A stretch of 64,000 nucleotides of DNA, taken from NCBI RefSeq assembly GCF_009914755.1, contig NC_060926.1. The stretch is one strand, 5' to 3'. The first letter of the stretch is position 1. Each line of letters opens with the position of its first letter. The stretch is from the human T2T-CHM13v2.0 reference genome, Homo sapiens. The notes beneath the pieces are model-generated. The model worked only from the letters and a program-made list of their open reading frames with translations, was not told the origin of the DNA and ran no database searches. The translations under genes and the position numbers were made by a program. This document shows, piece after piece, positions 1 through 18,510 of the stretch.

Positions 1-96
1 CACGTATTTGCTAATTAAAACAGCATCAAAAGAACAAAAATAAATTAGGTAAGTACTTCAAAAAATAATAAAACCACCACCTTTTGAAAATAAAAA

Positions 97-401
<305 letters not shown>

Positions 402-583
402 TAAGCATAAGCTTCATTTATAGGTCAAGCACTTCTTTCAATTATAGTGAATTAGTACCACACTAGACCTCAGACTTTTATATTTCTCACGCAAGTAGAA
501 ATAAGTGTTTGAATCAGCATCTTAGCTTTGAAGAATGAGTTAAGATAAGCAAACAGTAAACAATGTAAGAAGTCACATGGTTG

Positions 584-1074
584 TGTCAGGGAAAACCAGA
601 GATGGACAATACTTAAAGTGGTAAAAACAAATTTTATTCAAGATTATTGCAATAGGGGAAAAGAGATCTGAGTATAGAACTAGGCTTAACTTTGAATACA
701 CGATTGGCAAGTGGAAACTTAGACCCAAAGATGGGAATATAGAGTCAGTGGATGGAAAATTACTAAGAGGAGCCATCAGGAGAAACAGAAGATTCTGGCT
801 AAAATGACCTAACAGGATTCTTGTTGAAGGCAGGCGAGGGTGATCAGACATCACCTGAGGGATGGTGGAGGAGAAGGAACCCAATTAGCTATGGCGGGTG
901 ATCAGATACTGAGGGGGGATGACAGGGGTTATAGTTAAAGCAACTCAGCAGGATTCTTACTAAAACTGAACAATGCAGGCATAAACATGAAGTAAAAAAG
1001 TCGAGGCTTACCGGAGCAGAAAGTTCTTTCAAAGGAATCTGAGGAGAGTTTGGTCAATGAGGGACTCTTTGTCA
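584..1074 (-). mobile_element. Solo ERV1-class LTR, MER31-like
   Basis: TG...CA termini; minus strand begins TGACAAAGAGTCCCTCATTGACCAAACT, resembling the recalled MER31 consensus. Confidence 0.65.
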
Positions 1075-1185
1075 CTAGTCAGTAGGGAACTAAATCCTTG
1101 CGTTCTCTCTACCTCTATTACACCCATCTGTCCACTGATGCTTTGCAAAAATTAAAGATTTAAATCATTCTTTAAACCATGATAA

Positions 1186-2083
<898 letters not shown>

Positions 2084-3499
2084 CTGATCCAAAATAAGCG
2101 TGGTGAGAAGTATGCACTACTCAACAAGGCACAGACCAGCAGTTCTAAAACTACTCTATAGGTTCTCTTTAGTGGAATAAAAAATGTCAGCAAACCCCAT
2201 TAATCACTTAAATAAGTTCTGTCATGTTACTTAAAGACCTACAAATACCAAACTACTGTAAATGCTTATGCTTATAGCCCTTAACTTTAAAATAGAAATA
2301 AATTTTTAAATAAAAACAAAATTCAAATTAATAAGTAATATTAATTTTTAATTTCACTAAAACTAAATTGCTGACATTTGGTTTACTCTATAAAGCTTGT
2401 AGCCTTAGAGCCAGTTCCATAATTAATTTGTTTCTGTATTCTGACTTCAATACTAGTAATGGGAAGAATACCTGTTCAGTTACCTAAAACATTAACTTTG
2501 AGGTAGAGTCAGGATATTTCAGCTTCACAATTAACCAAAATTCTGCAAAGAGTAATCTAAGAATGACAATTTAAATAAAGTATCAGTCAATCATTTTATA
2601 AAACTGTCTTACTTATGTGAAAGTTAATGTGGCATTGTTAGTTAAAATTTGTATCAAATGAATTATCAAGTATCTGAACTTAACTGGAACTAGAAATAGA
2701 AACATTTTTCCTTGCATCCAACTGTTATACTACTAGTGATCTGCTGCCTAAACAAGTGACCTCAAAGATAAATGTATGAAAGCTACCTTAATTTTTGCTT
2801 TCACAATTTTAGCGCATACCCATTTTATGCGCTAAAACACAGTTAACAATTTTTAGGAAAAGGATTTTAAAAGACAAAGAAAAACCCCATATATCTTTTC
2901 CCTAAAAAAGTTCTAAAAAGTTCTTGCCGAAGTCTAAAAGTAGACTTCTCCTACCAAGAAGGATCAGGATTTCTGAACTATCTTAGAAGTATAGGTTACA
3001 TCACACAGAAAGGACAAACTGACTGACCCATCTGGAACATAAAATCATGTTCCTAAGAAAATTATCTTAACCAACTACAAAACCTAAAAACTCATCATTT
3101 TTTGCCAACGAGTCTTAGCCATAAGAATTTTCCTTTTTCGCAAGATAGCAAAAGCCATTAACCCACCTACTGGTAATTATTCAGGCTCGATTCCTTAACA
3201 TGCTAGTGCCAAAAGTTTAATAATAGTTATCTATGTACCACATGTTGAACCTATTGTATAAAATTGGCTCCATTCACTTACATATAACCAGTGACAAGGT
3301 TTATAATTTGGAACAGCTCAACCTTTTCCTACACATTGCTACTTTATATAAAGTCCATTTTTTAAAGGGACTAAAAATAGCTGCATGTCCTTTGCTTAAA
3401 AAAAAAAAAATCAAGTCACAATTTAGTTAAGCCTGAACTGCATCTAGATCCTTATGGAGTTCCACTTCAGGAATTAAAAAATCTAGGCTAAATTACCTA

Positions 3500-3871
<372 letters not shown>

Positions 3872-5820
3872 TCATCCCATTTGGATGAAAGCCTTTAATA
3901 AAATAATGATAAAAAGATGTTCTTTAATTTTATGAGGGCATTAGTGAACTAAGTTCTGTTTGGGAGACCATTTGAAAGTAGCTCTTTTAGCTATTAAGCT
4001 ATGGTTGACATCTGATATAGTCAATCGCTGTTATTTAGTCAAGTCCCAGGAGTTTCTGAGAAGATCCAAAATAATAGGAATAACTTATTTGCGGAGTACT
4101 TTAACGTGTCTGCTTCTAAACACATCACATGGATTAACCGTCCACTTGTCAGTAGAATGCCTCTCACTGAATATTATGGGTAACTGGGATTTTCAAAAGG
4201 CTTTTCCACTGGAAGCTTTAGGAATGTAACGCCGAGGTTATAATGCAGTTTAATGGAAAAATATATTCTCTATGTAACTGTCGGCTTCATGTATTAGTTT
4301 TCAAAACCAAATTATTATACAAAAGTTGTTTGTTGATTTGAGGTTGACTTTTTTCCAGTATTTTTCAGTATATTTAATAGAATTTAGCATCTATGTCTGC
4401 GGTTTCCAGGACCATCTTTTTTTCTTTTATAGAAGGTTCTCTGTGCAGATAAAATTTCTAGGGACCAAGCTCATTTATGTTTGACTTCATAGGATACACA
4501 CTAACCTTAAAAGGTTGGAAGACAAATGCACCCCACAAGCACACACTCTAACCAGGAGACGAAACAAGCAAACCTAATTACCAGAAGACACACGTAGAAG
4601 AAAAGTGGTCATCTCTGGGCAGCACTGGGAGATAGGGAGAGGTGGGGCTACTGTATTAGTAGTATTAAAATACTACTGATCTCATCAATGAATCGATACA
4701 ATTCATGGCACTTAAGTTCTTAAATCCGAGTGCAGGTATTACTATGACGTAATTTGATAAATATCTAAACCAAAACCAGCTGCTGAGCATCCTTTATATG
4801 TATAACATTGTGCTAGAGGGTCAGGGAGGGCTGAAAGCTAAATTACGATATTGAATTAGATAATTTTTAAGTTTCTTTCCAATTCTAAAATTCATAATTC
4901 CATCTGTATTAACTCATTCTTAGAAAGCATGCATCTAAAAAGCAAACATTTAAAAAAATCAATAGAAAAAATATATCATTTACTCTGATTGAATTCTTTC
5001 TTTTAAAAAACACTTACACACTATGAAATTACTTTATTACTTAAAACACAAAGACCATCCATTTTCTCATGTTTTCTGAGATCATTATCATGGAAATAAA
5101 ATTCTGATGAAATTGAAAAAAAACATGAAACAAAATTAGCCACATCACCACTACCAAGTAAAACAGCTCTCATCACCTTAGAGCCACTGCACACACAACC
5201 ACACTTCTATCTCTATATCTGCCTCCTGCAAGCTGAACAAAACAATGTGCTGCTTCTACGGGAACTCTGAGCCAGACAGCCCAGACTTTTACAGGAGGAA
5301 AAAGCAAGTTTTACCTTTTTTCTCCTAAACCCTTTTGGTGTCAAAGCTAAAAGTTGTAAAACATTTGTTTTACTTCCTTCTGGAGGCAATCATTTGCCAA
5401 ACTACATTCTTTTATTTTATATACTTTTATTTTTTGGTTAGAAAACTTGTTGCTCAACATGCAAATCTCAAACTGGGGGAGGGAGGGAAGGAGGGAGGAA
5501 ATGAAGCTCAACAAACACAACAAAATAAAGTTGCTCTGCTATGTTGAGGCTGCCAGGCTTTTTGTTACTCTACTTGAAAGTAAATGTGACTTGTCTGTAG
5601 AGAGTGCTGCTTCAGCAGTTCCAAATGAATTTCAAGCCTGTGCTCCATATTTTCTCTTTTGTAAGTTTAATGTATTCAGCAACACTGAACTGACAATTTA
5701 AATAACTACATTTTTAAACAAACGAAGCATTGATGTTAATGTATGAAAATGGTCCAAACCCCTGGGAGTCTTGGTTCCCACCATTGTTTATTCTGACAAC
5801 AGGATATAATTGCTTACTTA

Positions 5821-5976
<156 letters not shown>

Positions 5977-7767
5977 TTACAAAGAAGGAAAATGCTCTCT
6001 ACTTTAAAAGTGGGCCAAAATTTACTATACTCATCAGGCACGCATGCATGTGTATACTATCCATTTGGCTTCCACAGACAAAATACTCACACTCAACTGA
6101 CAACCCTTAAAGAAACTCAAGTTCCTATGATGAGTAACAAGAAATGCTTTCAACTTGTTATAAGAACACAGGCAAATCACCAATTTCAAAAAAACTTCTA
6201 AATCAAGAAAATTATTTTGTCATTGCATTGATTTATTAAACAAATTTCAAGTAACTTGAGATCACTTTCAACATTCATTCAATAGTTAGTATATTCCACA
6301 TGCAAAGGCACTGTACTACTATGGAAGTTTCAATACTGCAACCACAAAAGTGCTAACACAGTGCTTAAAAACAAGGACACAAACACTATGGGGTGGTCCA
6401 TCTACAGAGTTTCTTCCTACCAAAGTACATTTTAAAGAGCATTTAAATTGACAGGCTAGTGCCTTTCATGTTCTACGTTCTTCATTTTTCCTTTATCACC
6501 TTCCTAGTCCTTCATATTTTATGAGTCTCGCATTTTTTTTTACTCCAAATAACTTATATTGTCTATTAAAGATCATTTTCTTCAAGCCCTATAACCAGTT
6601 TTATTTTTACATATCCTGGGCCTCTTTATTCCTTCTTCTTTGATAAAGAACTGTTACTCCTTATTCTTAACCTTCTGAAAAACATTATTCATAATATATT
6701 TCGTTATTATGTATCCTTGTGACATCCCTTTTTCCTCCAAAGCAGATCCTTCTTAAGTCTCTGATCAAATTCTGGGAAATTACTTCTTCATAAAAAATGG
6801 GTTAATCTCTCCAAGACCACTTTACACATCAGATTGTTTTGTAAAACATCACAAGATTTTGTTTTTTAAACTGAGCATTATATTTTACATTTAGAATGGG
6901 CCTTAACCAAAAGAAGAAAGAAAAAGGAAAGCAAAAATGCAAGCAGACTTACAGTTACTACTTTCAACATACAGTATTTTGAAATGCAAATCAGATAGCA
7001 ATCACAAGTTAAAAAAGACAGGTTGCAAACAAAGTGTCAACACAGACATAATCTATTGACTTTAGAGTCATATATGATTGGCAGGTTTTTAACCACTAAA
7101 AAACACTCTTAATTTTCCCTTTTGCTTTGGAGGATGATCCAGTCACAAAGTAAAATCCTAAAAAACGAAGTTGTATTAATACAGGAAACAAATTCAAAGT
7201 AGTTTTAAAATATTGGAAGGACAAAGGTTATTACCACAGAGAAACTTGCAGATGAATAAAAATAACATTTTCCTAGGAACTACTACTGAAACCACAGCCA
7301 CGTTACCCCACTTAGAAAAGTATGTTACTGTGAAATGGAAGGTAATGTGCACACGACAGTGCTAGGCTAAGCCATAATGTAGTCAGAGTGTATTAGCTAC
7401 TCTAATAGTCCAGACAGAAGCAGCACCAACCTAGCTGCCTCACAAAGCTGTCCAGTGATAATTTCAGTGCTACACAAAGACCCTGGAGAAAGAATGGAGA
7501 ACTCTAAAGGACTTACAAAGGGTGAGCACAGGATAAGTCTATGGGTCGGCACTAGGGGGTAACAATTAGTGTGTCTGGTAGAAAAAAAAGTAAAAGCTTT
7601 GAAATCAAAAGGCCTGGTATCATATCCTATCACTTCCTATGAAGGGGCCTGTGGGAAAATTATTAAACCACTTTATATCTCAGTTCTTCATCTGGAAAAT
7701 GGAGACGGTAAGAGTCATGAGGTTTTCTTTCATAATCATAAGGATTTTATAATATGTTTAAAGTTGA

Positions 7768-8407
<640 letters not shown>

Positions 8408-8971
8408 TAATGACTATTATTAGTAACACCACTACCACTGACTACTTATTTGATGATTGATTATCATTCCTTTTTCACAGCTGGATGACTATATACAAAA
8501 AGTATGCAGGGCGCTGGGAACACGAACGTAAGTATTTGTTAGAAAATCATGATAGACTCTTACATGAGGAAAAAGTGATAAAACCATATGTAACGTGTAA
8601 TCCCAATTTTGTTTGTGTAAGAAGTATATTAAGATTGATCATATGGGGAAAAAAACCACCAAAATGTGGCTACCAATGAATGGTGAAATTATAGGAAATT
8701 GTTCTGTCCCTGTATTTTTCTGTATTTTCTGAACTTTCTACAATAAATATGCACTACTTTTCTAATCAGAATAAAAATTTTTTAAGAGAACTATACACTC
8801 ACAGGTAGGTACAGAAGAAAGGTAAGGGCTGAAAGGAAATTTTGGCCAAGCTCAAAATTAAACACAAGCAGTAAGTAGAACCCGGGAAGTTTTAGACAGC
8901 TAAACATAGGAGCAAATGTACCTCCTAAGATTTGCATGCCTGCTAGAGAAAAGAAAGAAAATCAACGGTTA

Positions 8972-9361
<390 letters not shown>

Positions 9362-9399
9362 TTATTAAAAAAAGGCAACAGATGGGGGAGGAAGGGAAT

Positions 9400-10200
9400 G
9401 AAGTAGTGAGAACAGTCTATGAGCATATTGTTTTACAAAAACCTATATAGTATGTAAAAGTGTGCCAGTACAAAAATAACCAGATCAATAGAACATAAGA
9501 AAAAATTGATAATAGACCGTATTAGATAAAGGAGATCCTAATTCTAAACAGAATTCAGGACATTACGAAATTTAAACAAACACCCCAACGAATACAGAGT
9601 AAAAAATGGAACTGAATATTAAACTATATCACGGAGGAAGGGAAAACTTTCTAAGTTTAAGAATGAAAGAACATCTATATACAAAATAAATCAAAGGAAC
9701 AATAACACTGAGAAAAAATAAGTGCTGAACAGCATATAACCTATATAAATTAATCTTTTTAATACATAAGGATCTTAAAGATTTATGAGAAAAGAACACT
9801 GAGATCCCAATAGATAAACAGGCAATAGACCAAAACAGATAATCTGAAGGAACAAGAAAAAAACCATAGTAAGTAAATACCGTATAAGGAAAAAAATGTT
9901 ACTGGTAATGCAAGTAATGCAAGTTGAAGCAAACAACGACAGATTATTTACCTCTCAAATGAGCAAAGATTTAAAAAATACAAAATATAAAATCGAATTA
10001 TTACTCAATGCTTGGGAGAATTAAAATCGTAAAACCGTTCCTTTATAACTTGCTGAAGGCAGGGTAAATTTGTGTAATGCTTCTGGAGAACAATTTGGCA
10101 ATAAGCATTAAAAGGCTTAAAAACGTTATCTTTGACTCAATAAATACATTTTTTAGAATATATGTTAAGGAAATTGAAACAGAACTACTTGTGACTAATG
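9400..10200 (+). mobile_element. Old L1M ORF2/3' fragments
   Basis: A-rich degenerate L1-like motifs (caatttggcaata, cagatcaatagaac). Confidence 0.55.
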
Positions 10201-10955
10201 CTATGGTCCTCAAGCTTTCTACGTTCAAAGCACTTTAAAATACAAGAACCTTGATGGTCCACTTAAAATGATTTTTAAAGGACTCAAACAAACAAACAAA
10301 CCATCAGTACTGGCTCCCTGGTAAATAGAACTGTCCACTCAGACTACTTCTCTATGAAGCACTTTTGAGACCAAGCTCTTGTCATGTATTAGGAAACAAA
10401 ATTGTTCTTTCTTTGGCTCTGGTTGGTGACACACCTTACTGCATGATTAGCTTAGTTCCATGTTTTACAAGGCACTACCTTCCACATGCTGAGAGATAAA
10501 CAGGAGCAGTGTGTACATGATCCTTTTTGTGCAAATTTAAAAAACAAAAAATATGGTCATGTCTGTATGTATATTTTGTCTGTCTGTAAATGTATTTTTT
10601 TTTTTTTTTCTGCAAGAACACACAAGAAAGAACAGTGGCTATTTTGCAGGGAAGAGACTGTGGTGAGATGGAGGAGAATCGTGAGACCTCTATTTCCATA
10701 TCTTTTTCTACTACTGGAATTTTTATTTTTACCATACCCATAAATTACTTTCTATTTTAAGAAGCAAATATATAATTCCTCAGTTTAGTAAAAAGTTCTC
10801 ACTTGAAAAGCTGGTATATGAACTTTAGAGGGCAGATTAATCAACTGCTAAATATTATTAATCTTTCTTCTTGGAACTTTCCAACACAAAAGACAGTTTA
10901 TAGAAAACAAAGTCAGTGTTCAAAACAGCTGAATGAACTATCTTTTGATATTTTA

Positions 10956-11244
10956 TTTGTTTTTGTTTTGTTTTGTTTTGTTGAGACAGAGTCTTGCTCT
11001 GTTGTCCAGGCTGGAGAGTAATGGCACGATGACTGCAACCTCTGCCTCCTGGGTTCAAGTGATTCTCCTGCCTCAGTCTCTCGAGTAGCTGGGATTACAA
11101 GCGTGTAATCCCATGCCTAACTAATTTTTGTATTTTTTTAGTAGAGATGGAGTTTCACCATGTTGGTCAGGCTGGTCTCGAACTCCTGACTTCAAGTGAT
11201 CCACCTGCCTCAGCCTCCCAAAGTGTTGAGATTACAAGCCTGGT
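10956..11244 (-). mobile_element. AluS with (TTTTG)n tail and small internal deletions
   Basis: 18-bp TSD ctatcttttgatatttta (10938-10955, 11245-11262). Confidence 0.92.
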
Positions 11245-12403
11245 CTATCTTTTGATATTTTAAATTTAAATTCTTAACACTTAAAACTTTGTGCTGCATT
11301 TTGATTAAGTTTTCAGAAGAAGCAGTTTATTTCTTAAGTTTATATGGATGTAGTGTTTTAGAAAAATGTAAAGTCAGAAATTTTTTATCGTGAAGTCTTT
11401 ATTTCTGAGCTGAAGAACAAACATGGTAGGTAGTTAGGACAAAAAGTTTCTTCTCAGCTCCATTATGGTGATGGCTCAGCAATGAAATAGGCCTTCATGG
11501 GAGAACCAGAGTATCAAAGATGTGAGGCAATCCTATGTTTTCATCTCTTCCTGCTGACTTTTAGCTTGCTAAGCCCCCTGGATTCATTATTTAGATAATG
11601 TACCTTAACTTCCTAATATCCAACCTTAATATTTTCCTTCATGATTTGTATTAATCAATTAGGGATTAAAACAACAAAGATCTCAACGTTCTGAAGTATT
11701 TTCCACTTATTGCTTCCCCTGAAATGTTCCTGCATAGATTTAAGTTGAAGTTATTTTGGAAGTGTAAGTAAGTTTTTAGGAAGAATAGTGCTGAAATAAT
11801 TATTTTGTGCCAGTGCCTTCCACATGGTACGTATAAAATTTGAAAGGAATGACAGACATTCCAATTACTCTTTCAATATGCAGACTTATGCTCATATGTT
11901 TCACGCTTGAAAGAAACTAATTTTAAGCATATCATTAAGGTAAGAAATTTCTCCTTGCTCCTATTTAAAACACTTCACTTTAGGGATGTTATATATAAAC
12001 CTACCATAAGAAATCTGATTTTCATTTTAAAAAATGTCTGAAACACTGCCCTTAAGGAAAAAATATACAGGCTTTTCTTGTTTTGTTTTTTTATACGAAG
12101 AGACTCTTATTTTTGCATTATAGGATTCTAAATGTCATACTTTTGACACTAGGATTTTGACACTTCCATTTCCTTATTCACAGTTTCTCAGGGCTTTGCT
12201 CTACTAGAAACTGCCACCATGAGTTGTTTCTTGAAGCCCAGCTTTAATATATTACTCCTGGGGTTAAAGCACACAAACGATCCCAAGTAAGTCATATTTA
12301 TTGATATGATTTTTCGTACATAAGATATAGGAAGAAGAGGGTACTAGCAATCAGGGTTTTTGCAAATTCAGAGCACAAGATTTTATTCTTAAACACAATC
12401 TAC

Positions 12404-12709
<306 letters not shown>

Positions 12710-12754
12710 CTACATTGGCAGAAATAAAAAACACTGACAATCACTGCTGACAAG

Positions 12755-13435
<681 letters not shown>

Positions 13436-14521
13436 GCAAGGATGTGGAGAAAGTGGTACTGTGACATACCTGTGGGAATATATTTGAATACAACCTCTTG
13501 GGAGGATGATCTAGTATTAGAAATTTTAAAAATGCATATGCATGCCCTTTAACCCAGCAATTTCATTTCTATACACCCATCTTGGAGAAATACTACCTCG
13601 TGTAGATCTGTAACTAGTTATCATGGAAGGGTTTCCAAGAAACACTGTTAATTATTTTAAAAAGTTGAAAAATAATATGTAAAGTATAACAAGACATATT
13701 AAACATACACACATCCAAAATAAAACAAACTGTGTGTGTGGGTGTGTATGTGCACATACGTGCATTATAAAGATTTGGAAAGACACAGAACAAATTAAGA
13801 ATGAATAATAAAAAAAAGAATGAATAGAAAAGGTTGGGGCAGAGGATAGGTAGTATAGAAGAAAAAAGGGAGTATCATTATTTCTGTATTCTTTTAAAGA
13901 TTCGTGTGCAAGTATTAATGTATTATTTGAGTAACTTACATTAAGTATTATAACTTAGAATAGAATTTTCCAGTTAAAAATGATGAAGACCAGATTATAA
14001 ATGCAAAATTCCACAAAAAGTAAGTTAAACAAGCACTATACTAAAAAAAAAAAAGCCACCCGCACCTTTGCCAAATTGAGTTTATTCAAAGAATCTAAAA
14101 ATGGTTCAATGTTATAAAATACATTATTGTCACTCACTGCAATTACATAAAGTTGATTCTTGTTATTTATAGAAGTTATGCTCTGTAAAGCTGCCACAAT
14201 ACTGAATTAGGGCATACTGAATCATTGCTCCTGAGGGAAGTTTAGGGTTAGGTTTCTTCACGCTTATGGTCACAATATTTTTGCCAACTGATTAATACAT
14301 AACCTTCTTTTGTGTGTGTTTCTGTTTAAAGATACCTTAATATATATTGGTGAGCCATTAACACTTAACTCATGGCCAAGGGCACTGTAACTCATGCCTA
14401 AACAAAGCATATCTAAACACAGGTATTTTCTTCTTAAGGGAACAGCACAGTCTTCTTGTGCTTCCGAACTTTAGAAACATTTGAGAACCATACTTGGGGC
14501 CATTTTAAAAGGCAAAAGCAA

Positions 14522-14703
14522 GCTGGGCACAGTGGTGCATAACTACAGTCGCAGCTACTTGGGAGGGTGAGGCAGGAGGATTGTATGAGGCCAAGAGTTG
14601 GAGGCTGCAGTGCGCTGCAATCATACCTGTGAATAACCACTGTACTCTAGCCTGGGCAACATAGTGAGACCCTGTCTCAAAAAAAAAAAAAAAAAAAAAA
14701 AAG
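14522..14703 (+). mobile_element. FAM (fossil Alu monomer)
   Basis: Monomer retaining the 7SL 3' segment cctgtgaataaccactg; polyA tail. Confidence 0.8.
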
Positions 14704-14711
14704 AGCCCATT

Positions 14712-17700
14712 AAGCATCTTCTTGGACCACAACAGAATAACACTACAAATCAATAATGAGAAATTCTGGAAACTATATAAACACATGGAAATTAAACAAT
14801 ATGCTCTGGGATGACCAGTGGGTCAATGAAGAAATTAAGGAAATCAAAAAATTTCTTGAAACAAATGATAATGGAAACAACATGCCAAAACATATGGGAT
14901 ACAGTGAAAGCTGTACTAAGAGGAAAATTATAAGTATCTACCTAAAAAAAGAACTTCAAATAACCTAACAATGCATCTTAAAGAACTAGAAAAGTATAAA
15001 CTGAACCCAAAATCAGAAGAACTAATAAAGATCAGAGCAGAAATAAATGAATTTGAAATAAAGGAAACAATATAAAAGATCAATGAAACAAAAAGTTGGT
15101 TTTTTGAAAAGATAAACAAAAATGACAAGCTTTTAGCCAGACTAAGGAAAAAAGAGAAAAGACCTAAATAAATAAAATTAGAGATGAAAAAGGAGACATT
15201 ACAACTGATACCATAGAAATTCAAAAGATTAGTGGCTACTATAAGCAATATATGCCAATAAGTTGGAAAATCTAGAAGAAATGGACATTTCTAGACACAT
15301 ACAACCTACCAAGATTGAACCATGAAGAAATCCAAAATCTGAGCAGACCAGTAACAAACAACAAGATTAAAGCCGTAATAAAAAGTCTCCCAATAAAGAA
15401 AAGCCCAGGACCTGATGGCTTTACTGCTGAATTCTACTAAACATTTAAAGGACTCACACCAATCCTACTCAAACTGTTCCAAAAAACAGAGGAAGAGAAA
15501 ATACTTCCAAACTCATTCTAAGAGGCCAGTATTACCCTGGCACCAAAACCAAAGATAGATCAGAAAAAGAAAACTACAGACCACTATCTCTGATAAATAC
15601 TGATGCAAAAATCCTCAACAAAATACTAGCAAACCAAATTCAACAATACGGTAAAAAGATCATTCATCGTGACCAAGTGGGATTTATCTCAGGGATGCAA
15701 GGAGGTTCAAAATATACAAATCAATCAATGTAATACATTGTATCAACAGGATGAAGGACAAAAGCGATATGATCATTTCCAACTGATGCTAAAAAAGCAG
15801 CTGATAAAGTTCAAATCCCTTCATGATAAAAACCCCCCAAAAACTGGGCATAGAAGGAACATACCTTAACATAATAAAAGCCATATACGACAGACACACA
15901 GCTAGTATTGTACTGAATGAGGAAAAACTGAAATCCTTTTCTCTTAGATCTGGAACACGACAAGGATGCTCATTTTCACCACTGTTATTCAACATAGGAC
16001 TAGAAATCTTAGCTAGAGCAATCAGATAAGAGAAAAAAATAAAGGGCATCCAAATTGGAAAGGAAGAAGTAAAATTATCCTTTTTTGTGGATGCTATGAT
16101 CTTATATTTGGAAAAACCTAAAGACTCCAGCAAAACCTATCAGAACGGATAAATTCAGTAATCAGTAAAGTTGAAGGATACAAAATCAACATATAAATGT
16201 CAGTAGCATTTTTCTATATGCCAATAGTGAACAATGTGAAAAAGAAATAAAAAAAAGTAATCCCACATACAATAACCACAAATAAAATTAAACACCTAGG
16301 AATTAACCAAAGAAGTGAAAGATCTCTAAAAACTATAGAACACTATTGAAAGAAATTGAAGAGGAAACACAAAAAATGGAAAGATATTCCATGTTCATGG
16401 ATGGGAAGAATCAATATTGTTAAATACTACTCAAAGTAATCTACATATTCAGTGCAATCCCTATCAAAATGCCAATGACATTCTCCACAGAAATAGAAAA
16501 AAAAATCCTAAAATTTACATGAAATCACAAAAGACCTAGAATAGCCAAAGCTATGCTGAGCAAAAATAATAAAACTGGAGGAATCACACTACTTACCTTC
16601 AAATTATACTACGGAGCTATAGTAACCAAAAACAACTTGGTACTGGCATAAAAACAGACACACAGACCAGTGGAACAGAAGAGAGAATCCAGAAGCAGAT
16701 CCACACATCTACAGTAAACTCATTTTTGACAAAGGTGCCAATAACATACATGGGGGAAAATAGTCTTTTCAATAAACGGTGCTGGGAAAACTGGATATCC
16801 ATATGCAAAAGACTAAAACTTGATCCCATCTCTTACCTTATATAAAAATCAATCACAATGAATTGAAGACTTAAATCTAAGACTTTGAACTATAATACTA
16901 CAAGAAAACATTGGGGAAACCCTCTAGGACACTGGTCTGGGCAAAAATTTCTTGAGTAATACTCCACAAGCACAGGCAACTGAAGTAGAAATGGACAAAT
17001 GGGATCACATCAAGTTAAAAAGCTTCTGCACAGTAAAGGTAACAATCAACAAAGTGAAGAGACAACCCACAGAATGGGACAAAGTATTTACAAACTACCC
17101 ATCTGACGAGGAATTACTAACCAGAATACATAAGGAGCTCAAGCAACTCTACAGGAAAAAAATCTAATACAATTTTAAAATGGGCAAAAGATTTAAATAG
17201 ACATTTCTCAAAAGAAGACATACAAATGGCAAAAAGGCATATGAAAAAGTGCTCATCATCACTGATCTTCAGAGGAATGCAAATCAAAACTACAATGAGG
17301 TATCATCTCCTTTCAGTTAAAAAGGCTTATATCAAAAAGTCAAATAACAAATGCTGGTGAGGATGTGGAGGAAGGGGAACCCTGGTACACTGCTGGTGGG
17401 AATGTAAATTAGTACAATCACTATGTAGAACAGTTTGGAGGTTCCTCAAAAAACTAAAAATAGAGTTACCACATGATCCAGCAATCCCACTGTTGGGTAT
17501 ATACCCAAAAGAAAGGAAATCAGTGTATCGAAGAGATATCTGCACTCTCATGTTTACTGCAGCAGCATTCACAACAGCCAATATTTGGAAGCAACCTAAG
17601 TATCCATCAACAGATGAATGGATAAAGAAAATGTGCTACATATACACAATGGAGTACTATCCAGCCATAAAAAAGAATGAGATCCTATCATCTGCAACAA

Positions 17701-18510
17701 CATAGATGGAACTGGAGGTCATTTTAAGTGAAATAAGCCAGGCACAGAAAGACAAACATCGCATATTCTCACTTACTTGTGGGATCTTAAAATCAAAACA
17801 ATTGAACTCATGGATATAGAGAATAGAAAGATAGTTAACAGAGGCTGGGAAGGGTAATAGGGGTTGAAGGTGGGGGGCCCTGGGAAAATTAATGGGTACC
17901 AAAAAAAAAAAGAATGAGTAAAACCTAGTATTTGATAGCAGAACAGGGGGACTACAGCCAATAATAATTGTACATTTAAAAATAACTAAAAGAATGACTG
18001 GGTGTCGTGGTGGCTCACACCTGTAATCCAAGCACTTTGGGAGGCTGAGGTGGATAGATAGCTTGAGCTCATGAGTTTCAGACCAGCCTGGGCAACATGG
18101 CAAAACCCCATCTTTACAAAAAAAATGAAAAAATAAAAAATAAAAATTAGCTGGGCGTGGTGACATGTGCCTGTAGTCCCAGCTACTCAGGAGGCTGTGG
18201 GAGGATGGCTTGAGCCTAGGAGCCACAGGTGCAGTGAGTTGAGATCACACGGCTGCACGCCAGCCTGGGCCATACTTGTCTCAAAAAATAAATAAAATTT
18301 AAAAAATAAAAATAATTAAAAGAATATAACTGGATTGTATGTAACACAAAGAATAAATGCTTGAGGGGATGCATACCCAATCTTCTATGATGTGATTATT
18401 ACACACTGCATGCCTGTTTCAAAATATTTCAAGTACCTCATAAATATATACACCTATTATGTACCCCAAAAATATATACACCTACTATGTACCCACACAA
18501 AAGTTTTTAA
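14712..18510 (+). mobile_element. 5'-truncated L1MA (MA1-3 type): degraded ORF2 plus 3'UTR, with a nested AluJ at 17996-18310
   Basis: ORF2-like peptides ([41 protein letters not shown]); RT motif FADD decayed to FVDA (~16083); many frameshifts. Confidence 0.92.

Noticed and set aside
4658-4677. agtagtatt-aa-aatactact inverted repeat
   Set aside because: A 9-bp AT-rich stem is expected by chance in a window this size.
14522-14703. 7SL RNA gene
   Set aside because: It lacks the S domain and has a polyA tail, so it is a FAM retrocopy.
14712-17760. Functional L1 reverse transcriptase
   Set aside because: 5'-truncated, with many stops and frameshifts, and the catalytic FADD motif is mutated.
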